From assembly GCA_902512305.1 (NCBI GenBank), contig CABXIU010000003.1:60364-124363 (forward strand): a stretch of DNA of 64,000 bases. Direction: 5' to 3'. Positions 19,054 through 29,892 of the stretch are shown here, piece by piece. Under the pieces are notes generated by a model. The model had not been told where the DNA came from. It saw only the letters and a list, made by a program, of their open reading frames with translations, and searched no databases. Both the position numbers and the translations under genes were made by a program. Every line of letters begins with the position of its first letter. The first letter of the stretch is position 1. The stretch comes from an uncultured Gammaproteobacteria bacterium (GTDB lineage: Bacteria; Pseudomonadota; Gammaproteobacteria; PS1; Pseudothioglobaceae).

Positions 19054-22013
19054 GTCAAACGAATAGAATAAAAGGCGGTCTGATAAACCAAAATAAAACG
19101 ATTACCTTTACTTTTAATGGCCAAATACTAAGAGGCTATGAGGGTGATACTCTTGCTTCAGCTTTACTTGCTAATAATAAACATTTAGTTGGAAGGTCAT
19201 TCAAATATCACCGTCCACGTGGAATAGTCACAGTAGGCTCTGAGGAGCCGAACGCAATAATGGAGATTGGAAACGGAGCATATAAAGAGCCAAATACGCG
19301 TGCAACTGTTACTCAGATATATAATGGCCTAGAGGCAAGAAGTCAGAATCATAGAGGCCCCCTAGGTTTTGATTTGATGGCGATAACCGATTTCTTCTCC
19401 CCCATGCTTAGTGCTGGTTTTTACTACAAGACCTTTATGTGGCCAAAGGCTTTTTGGGAGAAGGTTTATGAGCCAGCTATCAGAAATTCAGCTGGATTAG
19501 GAACGCTTTCAACTGAGCCAGATCCTGATACTTACGATAAGGGGTTCCGTTACTGCGATATTTTAATTATTGGAGCCGGCGCATCGGGCTTATCTGCTGC
19601 ATTAACGGCTGCAAGCTCAGGTGCAAAAGTGATACTGGCCGATGAAGATTTTTTGATGGGAGGTCGTTTAAATTCAGAAAAGGCTAAGGTTGATGAGATA
19701 GCTGGAAGCAAGTGGGCAAAGAATGCTGTTGCTAAACTCGGCGCTATGGACAATGTAACCTTGATGTCAGATACAACGATTTTTGGTGTTTATGACCACG
19801 GCATTTATGGTGCACTTGAAAATAGATCTTCTGAATCAAGAGTCGATTCAAATAAACCTAGACAGGTAAACTGGCGAATTTATGCAAAAAGGTCTATCTT
19901 ATGTGCTGGAGCGATTGAACGCTCAATCGCATTTGGTAATAATGATCGTCCAGGTATTATGCTTGCTGGCGCTGTTAGGGCTTACATGAATAGATTTGGA
20001 GTCGCTACAGGCAAGAAAGTAACTGTCTACACCAATAATAATGATGGCTGGCAAACTGCTAAAGACCTTAGAATTAAAGGAGTTGACGTGGTTGCGGTGA
20101 TTGATTCACGCTCCATTAGCCGAGTCATGTCAATTCAAGGCGCTGAAATCTTCATGGGGACTGATGTCGTCGATACGAAAGGAAGGAGAAGACTTAAATC
20201 TATCCAACTTTCAAATGGTAAAACAATTGACACCGATTCACTAGCTGTTTCTGGTGGTTGGAATCCAAACCTACATTTAACCTGTCACCACAGAGGTATT
20301 CCTAAGTGGAATGAGGAAATCGCTTCGTTTATACCAGATAGATCAACACCTCCTGGAATGTCAGTTGCTGGAAGAGCAAAAGGAACCATGGCGCTCTCTG
20401 ATGCAATTCAAGAAGGGCATGATTTAGGTACTTCTGTTGCAGCAGAATTGGGCTACAAAGCTAAAAATTTAAAGGCCGCATCAACACCAGTTGTTTCCTA
20501 CAAAATTGAGGCTAAATGGGGAGTTCCAAGTGGGAAAAATCGTGCTTGGGTTGATTTCCAAAATGACGTTACCGCTAAAGATGTTAAATTAGCTAACCAA
20601 GAGGGATTTAAATCAGTTGAACATGTTAAGAGATATACTACTCTAGGTATGGCGACTGACCAAGGTAAAACAGCCAATGTTTTAGGTATTGGTATTATGG
20701 CTGAAAATATGGATCAGACTATGGAGGAGACTGGAACCACGATCTTTAGACCTCCTTATTCTCCCGTTGCTGTTGGAGCGTTTGCCGGAAGAAGGCGTGG
20801 AATGGAGTTCTATCCAACGCGATACACGCCAAGTCATAAATGGTCAGAAGAGCAGGGCGCAGTATTTGTTGAAGTGGGGATGTGGTATCGTTCTCAATGG
20901 TTCCCTCAACCAGGTGAGACTCATTGGCGTCAATCAGTAGACCGTGAGGTTATTCAAACACGCTCATCTGTAGGTATTTGTGATGTAACCACACTAGGAA
21001 AAATTGATATTAAGGGTTCAGATGTTTCTGAATTTTTAAACAAAGTTTACGTTAACGCTTTCGCAAAACTGCCTGTTGGAAAGACAAGATACGGTTTGAT
21101 GCTGAGAGAAGATGGAATGGCTATGGATGATGGAACAACAGCAAGGCTGGCTGAAGATCATTTCGTAATGACAACAACAACTGCTAACGCTGTGAGTGTT
21201 TATCGTCATCTTCAATTTTGTCACCAAGTGTTATGGCCTGATCTCGATGTTCATATGATTTCAGTGACAGAGCAGTACGCGCAATATGCAGTCGCAGGAC
21301 CTAACTCTCGTAAACTATTAGAAAAGATAGTTGATCCAGAGCATGATATTTCGAATGAAGCTTTCCCGTTTATGGGGGCAGGGGCAATTACAGTTTGTGA
21401 TGGCATTCCTGCAAGACTATTTAGAATCTCTTTCTCGGGTGAATTAGCCTATGAAATTGCCGTTCCAACACGTTATGGAGACTCTCTAATGAGAGCGATG
21501 ATGGAAGCAGGCAAAGAGTTTGATGTCGTTCCTTATGGAACAGAGGCGCTTGGCGTTATGAGAATTGAGAAAGGACACGCTGCAGGACCAGAACTGAATG
21601 GTCAAACGAGTGCTTATGATCTTGGGATGGGTGGTATGGTCTCTGGCAAAAAAGACTTTATCGGTTATAAACTGGGTTTAAGAGAAGAATTGCAGCGCAA
21701 TGATCGTATGCAAATGGTTGGTTTTAAGCCGGTTAACAAGGATGACTTGGTTGAAAAAGGTCATTCAATGGCAGGAGCTCATTTGCTTAATCTAAGAGAT
21801 GAGCCAACTACAGAAAATGATCAGGGTTGGATTTCTTCATCGATTTATTCACCAATGCTAGGTTGTTACATTGGTCTTGGTTTTATTAAAGATGGACTGA
21901 ATAGAAAAGGTGAGTTTGTTCGCGCCGTAGATTTAGTTAGAAATAGTGACATAGAGGTTGAGATTTGTAGTCCACACTTCTATGATCCTGAAGGAGGGCG
22001 TTTACGTGACTGA
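19050..22013 (+). CDS. soxA: Sarcosine oxidase/NMG dehydrogenase alpha subunit
   Basis: GDTLASALLAN, RSFKYHRPRG, KRYTTLGMATDQGK, C-terminal GcvT domain RISFSGELAYE. Confidence 0.93.
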   Translation: MSQTNRIKGGLINQNKTITFTFNGQILRGYEGDTLASALLANNKHLVGRSFKYHRPRGIVTVGSEEPNAIMEIGNGAYKEPNTRATVTQIYNGLEARSQNHRGPLGFDLMAITDFFSPMLSAGFYYKTFMWPKAFWEKVYEPAIRNSAGLGTLSTEPDPDTYDKGFRYCDILIIGAGASGLSAALTAASSGAKVILADEDFLMGGRLNSEKAKVDEIAGSKWAKNAVAKLGAMDNVTLMSDTTIFGVYDHGIYGALENRSSESRVDSNKPRQVNWRIYAKRSILCAGAIERSIAFGNNDRPGIMLAGAVRAYMNRFGVATGKKVTVYTNNNDGWQTAKDLRIKGVDVVAVIDSRSISRVMSIQGAEIFMGTDVVDTKGRRRLKSIQLSNGKTIDTDSLAVSGGWNPNLHLTCHHRGIPKWNEEIASFIPDRSTPPGMSVAGRAKGTMALSDAIQEGHDLGTSVAAELGYKAKNLKAASTPVVSYKIEAKWGVPSGKNRAWVDFQNDVTAKDVKLANQEGFKSVEHVKRYTTLGMATDQGKTANVLGIGIMAENMDQTMEETGTTIFRPPYSPVAVGAFAGRRRGMEFYPTRYTPSHKWSEEQGAVFVEVGMWYRSQWFPQPGETHWRQSVDREVIQTRSSVGICDVTTLGKIDIKGSDVSEFLNKVYVNAFAKLPVGKTRYGLMLREDGMAMDDGTTARLAEDHFVMTTTTANAVSVYRHLQFCHQVLWPDLDVHMISVTEQYAQYAVAGPNSRKLLEKIVDPEHDISNEAFPFMGAGAITVCDGIPARLFRISFSGELAYEIAVPTRYGDSLMRAMMEAGKEFDVVPYGTEALGVMRIEKGHAAGPELNGQTSAYDLGMGGMVSGKKDFIGYKLGLREELQRNDRMQMVGFKPVNKDDLVEKGHSMAGAHLLNLRDEPTTENDQGWISSSIYSPMLGCYIGLGFIKDGLNRKGEFVRAVDLVRNSDIEVEICSPHFYDPEGGRLRD

Positions 22014-22575
22014 TTACGAATTATTAGCAGAGTCACCACTAGGTGGCATAGAAATTGAACTGGATGGCTTTAATATCACTGAGGTCACTGATAAGTCATT
22101 AGTGATGGTAGCATTGCCTCGAGACAAGTTTAAAGATGTTGAATCTTCAATCGATAAGTCATGTGGCCTAAAGCTTCCAGAAATGGAAAATTCAATTAAG
22201 TCAAAGGATTCTTCAATCACGCTCTGGCGTTTGCAAAAAAATCAGGTTTTAGCGTTCTTTACGTATGAAGGTAATGATGCAGAATCTCACCTTTCAGGTC
22301 GTTTATCTGCGCCAGCATACTATACAGATCAGTCAGATACTTGGGCAATGATCAGAGTGAGTGGTGAGAGAAGTAGAGATGTTCTTGAGAGAATTTGTCC
22401 AATCGATCTTAGCCCTGAGGTATTTTCAGTTGGAAATGTTTCCAGAACAGTTATGGAGCATATAGGAACAATCATTTATAGAGACGCGGATGATTCATAC
22501 GTTCTCTTAACAATGCGATCATTTGGCCGTTCTATGCTTCATGCGATAGAAGTCTCTGCGGATAACGTTCTATAA
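22006..22575 (+). CDS. soxG: Sarcosine oxidase/NMG dehydrogenase gamma subunit
   Basis: DQSD.W....VSG...RDVLERICPIDL, RSF; probable start is GTG 22006 after RBS AAGGAGG (ORF track starts at 21958). Confidence 0.85.
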   Translation: MTDYELLAESPLGGIEIELDGFNITEVTDKSLVMVALPRDKFKDVESSIDKSCGLKLPEMENSIKSKDSSITLWRLQKNQVLAFFTYEGNDAESHLSGRLSAPAYYTDQSDTWAMIRVSGERSRDVLERICPIDLSPEVFSVGNVSRTVMEHIGTIIYRDADDSYVLLTMRSFGRSMLHAIEVSADNVL

Positions 22576-22607
22576 TAAGAAATTTTCTATCTTAACTTGA
22601 AAGCGAT

Positions 22608-24164
22608 TTAACTATCAGTCCAGTAAAAAGATAACTTTCCTTTTTCAGGCTTACCTGTAGAAGTTCTTGGCATTTTATCAAGGAAAACAATATGTTTTGG
22701 AATCATAAATTTCGCCATTCGATCTCTACAATGCTGAATTAATTCTTGTTCACTAAGCTCAGCCTTAGTCTTCTTAACAACGAACAACGCAATATCTTCT
22801 TCAACCATCTCACCTGGAACACCAATAACAGCACAGTCTTGCACTTTCGGATGTGAAAGCACTCCTTCCTCAACCTCATAAGCTGAGACCATCTCACCTT
22901 TTACTCGAATGCGCTCACTCATTCTGTGCATGAAATAAAACCGACCCTGTTCATCTAATCGAGCAATATCGCCCGTATGAAACCATAGATTTCTCCAGCT
23001 TTCTAGAGTCTTCTCTGGCATGCCAAAATAACCACTACACATGACTCCAGGCTCTAGAGGTCGAACAACCATTTCTCCTGGTTCACCAGGAGGCAATGGA
23101 TCATCATTTTCATCGTGGATGGCAACTTCAAAATGAGAAAGAACTATTCCTCCAGGATGATCCCATTGGGGTGCAACAACCCATCCAGCATCCGTTGATC
23201 CATATCCACCACCTGGCACTAAATGTAAATTAAAGCGAGCATCAAAATCTTTTTTTGGAACTGGAGCAGGTGTTCCCCAACAGCGGGTGACCTTATGATC
23301 TTTTTCCTCTGGGCAACTTGGATGCGCCCATAAGAGCTGTTGAACTGAGCCTAGCATCATGAACCAAGTGGCTCCATATTTTTTGGCTTCTGGCCAAAAA
23401 TTTGAAACACTAAATCGCTGTCGAAGTAATACTTGACCCCCCGTCATCATGGTTGGGAGAATGTCATAATAGGCAGGTCCAATATGAGATAACGGATAAA
23501 AAGTATAAACGCAATCGTCTTTAGTAACCTTGTTGGGTTTAATTATGTTTTCAGCAGTTCTAACTGCGTATCGATGAGATAAAAGACAACCTTTTGACAC
23601 TCCAGTCGTTCCAGATGTAAAAAGAATTGTTGCAATGTCGGTATCTTTTGCAAGTGAATCAACATGATCTTGGCAGCTTGAAAGTAAATCTTCAAAAGAA
23701 ATGATTTGAAGTTCTGGAAATAGTTTTTCCGCCTGATTAACGGAATCCAACATAATTAAACTTTCAATGTTTGGTATCGATTCTCGAATCTGATCTAAAG
23801 CTTCAAGTTGAAGTCCTGAGGTAAGCAATAATTTTGACCCTGTTTGGTCAATCATTCGAGCAAGAGATTCACTACGCATTGCGGGGTTAATCGAAACTTC
23901 TATAGCGTTAATTTTTTTTAAAGCGTAAGTCAGAGCGAGATATTCTGCACTGTTTTCTAGAAAAATATTAACGTAAGCGAGCTTTTCACTGAATTTTTCT
24001 ATTAATCCATGAGTAATTCGATTTGTCAGAATTTCAAATTCATAGTAAGTCAGTGTTTTGCCTGTTTCGGCAATAACTAAGAATTGTCGCTCAGCAAATT
24101 TTTCTGCACATTCATGCAGAAGATTTCCAAGTGTAATTCTCAATGGCATAGATTTGCCTTGCAA
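22608..24164 (-). CDS. AMP-dependent acyl-CoA ligase, CaiC (crotonobetaine/carnitine-CoA ligase)-like
   Basis: FTSGTTGVSKG, YGSTD, RNLWFHTGD, PRTSTGK; alternative ATG start at 24149. Confidence 0.85.
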   Translation of the reverse strand: MQGKSMPLRITLGNLLHECAEKFAERQFLVIAETGKTLTYYEFEILTNRITHGLIEKFSEKLAYVNIFLENSAEYLALTYALKKINAIEVSINPAMRSESLARMIDQTGSKLLLTSGLQLEALDQIRESIPNIESLIMLDSVNQAEKLFPELQIISFEDLLSSCQDHVDSLAKDTDIATILFTSGTTGVSKGCLLSHRYAVRTAENIIKPNKVTKDDCVYTFYPLSHIGPAYYDILPTMMTGGQVLLRQRFSVSNFWPEAKKYGATWFMMLGSVQQLLWAHPSCPEEKDHKVTRCWGTPAPVPKKDFDARFNLHLVPGGGYGSTDAGWVVAPQWDHPGGIVLSHFEVAIHDENDDPLPPGEPGEMVVRPLEPGVMCSGYFGMPEKTLESWRNLWFHTGDIARLDEQGRFYFMHRMSERIRVKGEMVSAYEVEEGVLSHPKVQDCAVIGVPGEMVEEDIALFVVKKTKAELSEQELIQHCRDRMAKFMIPKHIVFLDKMPRTSTGKPEKGKLSFYWTDS

Positions 24165-24167
24165 TAT

Positions 24168-24872
24168 CTAATGTTTCTCGTAGTGGACAATGTAATTAAC
24201 ACTGACATCATCACCCAACTTATATTTCTTTGTTATTGGATTGTATGTCATTCCAATCATCGAACTAATTGATAAGTCATATAATCTAGCCCATTCATCT
24301 ATCTCACTCGGTCTAATAAACTTTTCATAGTGATGAGTGCCTTTAGGAAGTAGGTTTAAAACGTATTCTGCACCGACGATTGCAAAGAAGTATGATTTTG
24401 GATTTCTATTAATTGTTGAGAAGAAAACTTTACCATTAGGCTTGATGAGTTGAGAACAAGCCTCAATAATGAGTGACGGGTCTGGAACATGCTCTAACAT
24501 TTCAAGACAAGCGATGACATCAAACGACTCAGATTCAGATTGAGTGATTTCTTCAGCAGAAATAAATTGATAATCAATATCTAGGCCAGACTCTAAAAGA
24601 TGGAGTTTGGCAACTTCTAGTCCTGCTTCTGCAAGATCAATGCCAACCACTGTTGCACCTTCCAGCGCTAAGGATTCACTCAGAATACCGCCACCGCAGC
24701 CAACATCAAGAATGCGTTTACCTTCGAGAGTGCCACCGCACTGCTCTTTTATGTAGTTTAGGCGAAGCGGATTAATATCGTGTAAAGGTTTAAATTCTGA
24801 ATCTTTATCCCACCAGCGCGCCGCTAGTGCTGCAAACTTATTTACCTCTTCGTGGTCAACGTTTGGATTCAT
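24168..24872 (-). CDS. ubiG: Ubiquinone biosynthesis O-methyltransferase
   Basis: NVD..EV.KF..LA.RWWD..SEFKPLH.INPLRL, LDVGCGGGIL, EMLEHVPDP. Confidence 0.97.
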   Translation of the reverse strand: MNPNVDHEEVNKFAALAARWWDKDSEFKPLHDINPLRLNYIKEQCGGTLEGKRILDVGCGGGILSESLALEGATVVGIDLAEAGLEVAKLHLLESGLDIDYQFISAEEITQSESESFDVIACLEMLEHVPDPSLIIEACSQLIKPNGKVFFSTINRNPKSYFFAIVGAEYVLNLLPKGTHHYEKFIRPSEIDEWARLYDLSISSMIGMTYNPITKKYKLGDDVSVNYIVHYEKH

Positions 24873-25318
24873 AGTTCTTTTATAAAGTTTAGTACTTCCT
24901 CAGCATGCCCATCTACCTTGACTTTATCCCACTGCTTAAGGATATCTCCGTCTGGGCCAATGACAAAAGTTGATCTAACAATGCCTATGTGCTCTTTACC
25001 ATACATCTTTTTCAGCTTTAAGACATCAAACTGCTTACATAAAGATTCATCCTCATCTGAGATTAGATCAATCGTGTAATTAAACTTTTTGATGAATTTT
25101 TCATGAGAGGCAATACTGTCTCTAGAGACACCATATATAACGGAATTATTTTCAGTAAATGCATCATTGAGCCTTGTAAAGTCGTTACCTTCAATGGTGC
25201 ATCCAGGAGTGTCATCCTTGGGGTAAAAATAAAGAACAATATTTCTTCCTTGACTATCAGGAATATTAACATTTTGATCACTTGTTGCAACACATGTAGT
25301 AGGGTTTACTTTATTCAT
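24869..25318 (-). CDS. bcp: Peroxiredoxin (BCP/PrxQ)
   Basis: YFYPKDDTPGCT, RSTFVI; start moved to ATG 25318 to avoid overlap with lepA. Confidence 0.9.
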   Translation of the reverse strand: MNKVNPTTCVATSDQNVNIPDSQGRNIVLYFYPKDDTPGCTIEGNDFTRLNDAFTENNSVIYGVSRDSIASHEKFIKKFNYTIDLISDEDESLCKQFDVLKLKKMYGKEHIGIVRSTFVIGPDGDILKQWDKVKVDGHAEEVLNFIKEL

Positions 25319-25369
25319 ATACGATATAATCTCATGGTTTAAATTAAAAGCATTCATTTTATCATTGAT

Positions 25370-27157
25370 ATGCAAAAAATCCGAAATTTTTCTATCATCG
25401 CTCACATTGATCATGGCAAGTCAACCATTGCTGACTGCTTCATTCAGTTCTGCGGTGGATTGACTGATAGAGAGATGTCATCCCAAGTATTAGACTCTAT
25501 GGATATAGAGAAAGAGAGGGGTATTACGATTAAATCTCAAAGCGTATCTCTTCAATATGAAGCAAAAGGTGGAGAAACTTATCAACTAAACTTTATTGAC
25601 ACACCTGGACACGTTGATTTTTCTTATGAGGTCTCTCGATCACTATCTGCTTGTGAGGGCGCTTTATTAATTGTAGATGCTTCTCAAGGTGTTGAAGCGC
25701 AGACGGTTGCAAATTGCTATACAGCGATGGATCAAGGTCTAGAAGTTTTAGCAGTTCTAAACAAGATTGATCTTCCAGCTGCAGAGCCTGAGAGGGTAGT
25801 GGATGAGATTGAAGATGTTGTTGGAGTAGAAGCGCATGATGCCGTTCATGCTAGTGCTAAATCTGGAATCGGAATTGAAGAAATACTGGAGCAAATTGTT
25901 GAAAAAATACCAGCTCCAGAAGGAAAATTAGATGCTCCCATTAAAGCTTTAATCATAGATTCATGGTTTGACAATTATCTTGGCGTTGTTTCATTAATTA
26001 GGATGATAGATGGTGAAATTAAAGCAAAAACTAAAATAAAGATCTTCTCTAATAAAAATGAACATCTGGTTGACGAGGTGGGCATATTTACCCCAAAAAG
26101 AACCAAAACTGAAAGCCTAAAGGCTGGTGAGGTTGGTTACTTAATTGCCAGTATTAAAAATATTGATGGGGCGCCAGTCGGCGATACTATAACTGGTAGT
26201 AAAAATCCTGTTGAACATCCACTGGAGGGTTTTAAACCAGTTCAGCCTCGAGTTTTTGCGGGTCTTTTTCCAACTTCTGGTGAGGATTATGAAAAATTTA
26301 GAGATGCACTTAGTAAACTTCGATTAAATGATGCAGCTTTGCAATTTGAGCCTGAAAATTCAGATGCTCTTGGTTTTGGTTTTAGAATTGGATTCTTAGG
26401 TCTATTGCATATGGAAATTGTTCAAGAGAGGCTTGAACGTGAATATGATTTAGATTTGATTACAACAGCGCCAACAGTAATCTATGAAATTTTAGATACG
26501 AAAGGCAATGTATCAAAAATTGATAGCCCTTCAAAGCTTCCTCCAGTTCAGACTATTGAAGAGTTTAGAGAGCCAATCATTACTGCAAATATATTAGTAA
26601 CTAATGAATATGTTGGTCCCGTTATTAATCTATGTGTTGAAAAAAGAGGAGTTCAAAAAAGTATTAACTATATGGGTAGGCAAGTATCGATTGTCTATGA
26701 GCTGCCTCTAAATGAAGTCGTTCTAGATTTCTTTGATAAGCTCAAGTCAGTGTCACGTGGATTTGCATCGATGGACTACCATTTTGAGCGTTATCAAGCC
26801 TCAGATTTGATTCGTCTTGATATTCTCATTAATAGTGAGAGTGTTGATGCACTCGCACTCATTATTCATAGAGATAATTCTGTTTATAAAGGGCGTGAGA
26901 TTGCTGCAAAAATGAAAGAGCTTATTCCAAGACAAATGTTTGACGTTGCCATTCAGGCTTGTATTGGAGTCAAAATCATTTCCAGAACCAATGTGAAAGC
27001 GCTTAGAAAGAATGTGACCGCTAAATGTTATGGTGGAGACATTACAAGGAAAAGAAAATTACTAGAGAAGCAAAAAAAAGGTAAGAAAAGAATGCGTTCA
27101 ATTGGAAGGGTAGATATACCTCAAGAAGCTTTTCTAGCTGTTCTGCATATAGACTAA
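25370..27157 (+). CDS. lepA: Elongation factor 4
   Basis: [42 protein letters not shown]. Confidence 0.98.
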   Translation: MQKIRNFSIIAHIDHGKSTIADCFIQFCGGLTDREMSSQVLDSMDIEKERGITIKSQSVSLQYEAKGGETYQLNFIDTPGHVDFSYEVSRSLSACEGALLIVDASQGVEAQTVANCYTAMDQGLEVLAVLNKIDLPAAEPERVVDEIEDVVGVEAHDAVHASAKSGIGIEEILEQIVEKIPAPEGKLDAPIKALIIDSWFDNYLGVVSLIRMIDGEIKAKTKIKIFSNKNEHLVDEVGIFTPKRTKTESLKAGEVGYLIASIKNIDGAPVGDTITGSKNPVEHPLEGFKPVQPRVFAGLFPTSGEDYEKFRDALSKLRLNDAALQFEPENSDALGFGFRIGFLGLLHMEIVQERLEREYDLDLITTAPTVIYEILDTKGNVSKIDSPSKLPPVQTIEEFREPIITANILVTNEYVGPVINLCVEKRGVQKSINYMGRQVSIVYELPLNEVVLDFFDKLKSVSRGFASMDYHFERYQASDLIRLDILINSESVDALALIIHRDNSVYKGREIAAKMKELIPRQMFDVAIQACIGVKIISRTNVKALRKNVTAKCYGGDITRKRKLLEKQKKGKKRMRSIGRVDIPQEAFLAVLHID

Positions 27158-27549
27158 AGCAGTTCTTCTAATCGAGTAAACCAGTTCGTATGATCTTCAG
27201 CACAAACTAGAGTTGGCTTGATATTTGGGGCTTCCATAGTACTTCCTAATGGTGCCATCATCCATCCTCTTCCAGCTGAAAATCGAGGTACTCGTGAGCC
27301 GCAATGTTTGCAAAAAGCATTTCCAAACGTATTGGGAGGACTCATGACGTACTCGTCAACATTTTCTTTTCCAGTAAGCCACTTAAATTGATCTGATTTC
27401 ATAAATAAATTAGTCGCAAAAGCTGCTCCAGTGACCTTGCGGCAACGTGAACACTGACACATACCAAAAAATTTATAGGGCCCAGTCATTTCCCATGAAA
27501 CTTGAGCGCATAAACACTCGCCTTTTAATGTTTTGTATGTTTTCATCAT
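27154..27549 (-). CDS. GFA/CENP-V family zinc protein
   Basis: GECLC...[10 protein letters not shown]...FCKHCGS cysteine pattern. Confidence 0.88.
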   Translation of the reverse strand: MMKTYKTLKGECLCAQVSWEMTGPYKFFGMCQCSRCRKVTGAAFATNLFMKSDQFKWLTGKENVDEYVMSPPNTFGNAFCKHCGSRVPRFSAGRGWMMAPLGSTMEAPNIKPTLVCAEDHTNWFTRLEELL

Positions 27550-27556
27550 TCAAATT

Positions 27557-28345
27557 TTATGTGGTAAAAATCTCTATAAAAAACTTAGTTCCAAAGTAAG
27601 ATAAGACTAGTATAGCAAAGGCAATTTGTGTCAATAAAGCAATTAGTTTGCCTCTTAATCCAAATACCATATGAGCAAATAAAATACCAGCAAATCCAAT
27701 CCAAGCCACAATTGATAAGATAGTTTTGTAGGTGAGCTGTTGTGTGAAAAAATCAGATATATAAAAGTAACCTGAGATGAGTGAGAGTGTAAGTAGCAAA
27801 AAACCCATTTTAAGAGTTTGGTATAGAAAATCTTCCATGGTTTGGAGCGCAGGAAGTTTATCTACAAAAGTGTTAAAGTTATGCTCATGTAATAAACGCT
27901 CTTGGATGCTAAGCAGTAGTGACTGACCAACAGCTAGCGAGAGAAGTGCGTAAGCTCCAATTGAGAGAAAAACATGAGCAGCAATTGATATTGAAAGTAG
28001 CTTACCTTGGGATCCAGGAAATAAAAAAGCAACAATCACTGCGATTGCGCTTATGGGATAAACTATTATTCCAAGAGAGTGAATTGGTTTTGTGAATGAG
28101 GTTAAAAATAAAAGCGTTGCAACAACCCAAGCGACAAAAGAAATACTCACAGTTAATCCAAAAAATACACCTTCATGTTGCCATAACTCAAAGAGAATGA
28201 AGCCATGAGATGAGCACGCTACGAAAAGCAATAAATTAACTATTATTCTGTGTTGATTTGTAACTGTATCTAGGACAAAATATCGGGTAAGTAGAAGCCC
28301 AGCAATTAGGTAAGTAATAAATGGCAGTGTATGGAGTAATGGCAT
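27557..28345 (-). CDS. ypjD: Cytochrome c assembly-family inner membrane protein (YpjD/CcsA-like)
   Basis: Multi-TM, LPALQTME, KTILS, GLRG, YFGTKF; conserved divergent position next to ffh. Confidence 0.8.
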   Translation of the reverse strand: MPLLHTLPFITYLIAGLLLTRYFVLDTVTNQHRIIVNLLLFVACSSHGFILFELWQHEGVFFGLTVSISFVAWVVATLLFLTSFTKPIHSLGIIVYPISAIAVIVAFLFPGSQGKLLSISIAAHVFLSIGAYALLSLAVGQSLLLSIQERLLHEHNFNTFVDKLPALQTMEDFLYQTLKMGFLLLTLSLISGYFYISDFFTQQLTYKTILSIVAWIGFAGILFAHMVFGLRGKLIALLTQIAFAILVLSYFGTKFFIEIFTT

Positions 28346-28404
28346 CTCTAGCTATGACTTTGCAAAAGATTATATAATAATATATTTCAGCGAACTAGAA
28401 CATA

Positions 28405-29808
28405 ATGTTTGACAATTTAACACAACGACTCTCCAATAGTTTTAAAGCTCTCCAAGGTAAAAATAAATTATCTGAAGCAAATATCAAGGAAGCTATTCGT
28501 GAGGTCAGACGCTCCCTTCTTGAAGCTGATGTTGCACTTGATGTCATAAAGTATTTCATTGAAAGAGTTCAAACAAAAGCCGTCGGACTTAAGGTCGGTG
28601 AAGGTTTAAGTCCATCTCAGGCATTTGTAAAGCTCGTTGAGGCAGAGCTTACAGAAGTCATTGGTGGACAAAATGAAACACTAAATCTTGCAACTCAGCC
28701 ACCTGCAGTTGTTATGGTTGCCGGTCTTCAGGGTTCTGGTAAGACAACTTCAATTGCAAAATTAGCTCGATTTTTAAAAGAAGAGGAAAAAAAGAAAGTT
28801 CTTGTTGTTAGTGCTGATGTCTACAGGCCAGCAGCTATAGAACAGTTAAAAGTTCTTGCTGAAGAGGTAGACGTTGATTTTTTTCCATCAACTGTAGATG
28901 AAAAACCTGAAAAAATTGTTTCTGATGCTAAAAAACAAGCCCAATCTCAGTTTCATGATGTTCTTTTAGTCGACACAGCAGGAAGGCTGGCAATTGACGA
29001 GCAAATGATGTCTGAAATTCAAATACTCCAGAAGCAAGTTAATCCTATCGAAACACTATTTGTAGTTGATTCAATGACAGGTCAGGATGCAGCTCATACT
29101 GCAAAAATCTTCTCTGATAAACTTCCGTTGACTGGTGTTGTTCTAACTAAAACTGATGGTGACGCAAGAGGCGGCGCCGCACTATCAGTTAGACACATAA
29201 CAGGAAAGCCAATCAAATTTATGGGTGTTGGTGAAAAGACTGATGCTTTGGAGTCATTTCATCCTGACAGATTGGTATCAAGAATTCTTGGTATGGGCGA
29301 TGTGCTTTCATTGGTTGATGAAATTTCCAAAAAAGTTGACCATAAAAAAGCGCAAAAAAATGTCCAGAAAATGGCAAAAGGGAGATTCGATCTGGATGAT
29401 ATGAGAGATCAATTAATTCAAATGCAGGAAATGGGTGGAATGGGCGCTTTGATGGATAAACTTCCAGGAATGGGGCAAATGCCACAAAGTGTCAAAAATC
29501 AAGTCATTGGGGACACTGAAAGCTCTAGAATGATCGCCATTATCAATTCAATGACACCTAAAGAAAGAAATCATATCAACCTAATAAAAGGTTCACGTAA
29601 AAAAAGAATTGCTGCAGGTTCAGGTACCGATGTTCAACATGTCAATAAATTGCTAAAGCAGTTTGAAAAAATGCAAAAAACAATGAAAAAAATGAAAGGC
29701 GGCAAGATGAAAAAAATGATGCAACAAATGGAAGGTATGCAAGGTCAAGGCGGTATGCCTGACTTATCGAAAATGACAGGCCTTGGGAAAAAGAAATTTC
29801 CTTTTTAA
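28405..29808 (+). CDS. ffh: Signal recognition particle protein
   Basis: GLQGSGKTT, DTAGR, TKTDGDARGGAALS, Met-rich M domain. Confidence 0.98.
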   Translation: MFDNLTQRLSNSFKALQGKNKLSEANIKEAIREVRRSLLEADVALDVIKYFIERVQTKAVGLKVGEGLSPSQAFVKLVEAELTEVIGGQNETLNLATQPPAVVMVAGLQGSGKTTSIAKLARFLKEEEKKKVLVVSADVYRPAAIEQLKVLAEEVDVDFFPSTVDEKPEKIVSDAKKQAQSQFHDVLLVDTAGRLAIDEQMMSEIQILQKQVNPIETLFVVDSMTGQDAAHTAKIFSDKLPLTGVVLTKTDGDARGGAALSVRHITGKPIKFMGVGEKTDALESFHPDRLVSRILGMGDVLSLVDEISKKVDHKKAQKNVQKMAKGRFDLDDMRDQLIQMQEMGGMGALMDKLPGMGQMPQSVKNQVIGDTESSRMIAIINSMTPKERNHINLIKGSRKKRIAAGSGTDVQHVNKLLKQFEKMQKTMKKMKGGKMKKMMQQMEGMQGQGGMPDLSKMTGLGKKKFPF

Positions 29809-29892
29809 GGATATAAATATTTTCTTTGATGCCCCTTGCAGTTTGTTGTTTTTGATATAAAATTCCACTTTTTATATAGCCTGGAATATACG

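Noticed and set aside
21958-22005. Longer soxG start from the ORF track
   Set aside because: GTG 22006 has a strong RBS and a typical short overlap with soxA
25319-25414. N-terminal extension of bcp in the ORF track
   Set aside because: It overlaps the lepA start; ATG 25318 gives a normal-length BCP
29660-29770. Low-complexity ATG/AAA-rich repeats
   Set aside because: Encodes the normal Met/Lys/Gly-rich tail of Ffh
29809-29892. Cobalamin riboswitch upstream of the DUF4430 gene
   Set aside because: The gap is only 84 nt, AT-rich, and lacks the GGGAA/GCCACTG B12-box elements
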